DNA of 64,000 nt from the NCBI GenBank assembly GCA_038257245.1, contig JBBSJL010000002.1, positions 5,588-69,587 of the forward strand. The letters are read 5' to 3'. The stretch's first letter is position 1; the number at the start of each line of letters is the position of its first letter. A model generated the notes under the pieces. It searched no databases, was not told where the DNA came from, and saw only the letters and a program-made list of their open reading frames with translations. The position numbers were made by a program, and so were the translations under genes. The stretch is from Candidatus Saccharimonadales bacterium (GTDB lineage Bacteria; Patescibacteriota; Saccharimonadia; Saccharimonadales; JACQNP01). Shown one piece after another: positions 63,970 through 64,000 of this stretch.

Positions 63970-64000
63970 TACTAATTAACCGCTGGTGCCAATTTTGCGA

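Noticed and set aside
63970-64000. A partial gene at the right-hand window edge, upstream of the NUDIX gene.
   Set aside because: Only about 25 nt are available. Two minus-strand frames end in plausible stops (TAA at 63976..63978 or TAG at 63972..63974). No identification is possible.

Overview
This window is a dense, mostly minus-strand run of housekeeping genes from a compact, AT-rich bacterial genome. Standard code applies: TGA is a stop, as shown by the radA/PIN-TRAM ATGA overlap at 20264..20268.

Gene content and synteny (clpC-radA-yacL, rplS-rnhB-yraN, tig-clpP, split transketolase, type IV pilus ATPase) point to a reduced Gram-positive-type lineage. A Saccharibacteria/CPR-like organism is my guess only and cannot be verified here.

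I call about 60 CDS:
- Information processing and proteostasis: rpoC (partial), rpoB, clpP, tig, recG, tyrS, a class A PBP, radA, clpC, nusA, rnhB, rplS, dnaE, uvrB.
- Histidine genes: hisS, hisD, hisG.
- Metabolism and other: pepN, metK, malic enzyme, pilB-like ATPase, galU, gatCAB, trxB.
- A sugar-phosphate block: pfkB-like kinase, fba, split tkt, rpe, rpiB, gap.

Other features are one tRNA-Leu(UAG), a SAM-I riboswitch, two CIRCE operators and three intrinsic terminators. I saw no rRNA, CRISPR array, transposase, integrase or obvious mobile element.

I found no convincing classical defence island or other clearly novel multi-gene system. The most unusual signals are regulatory or architectural:
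1. Consensus CIRCE (HrcA) operators sit on the clpP and clpC promoters.
2. A consensus promoter, a His-codon mini-ORF and a strong terminator lie directly upstream of an odd hisG-hisD-hisS operon.
3. Extended -10 boxes lie 6-9 nt before start codons at many genes, implying widespread leaderless mRNAs.
4. Seven of eight convergent gene pairs overlap, five of them by a shared 4-nt YTAR stop/stop.

The best uncharacterised protein loci are 29092..31093 (soluble acyltransferase-like gene plus a protein with a PD-(D/E)xK-like signature) and 51354..54086 (LOG/SLOG-like gene plus two unrecognisable proteins). All functional calls rest on motifs read by eye; no database search was possible.
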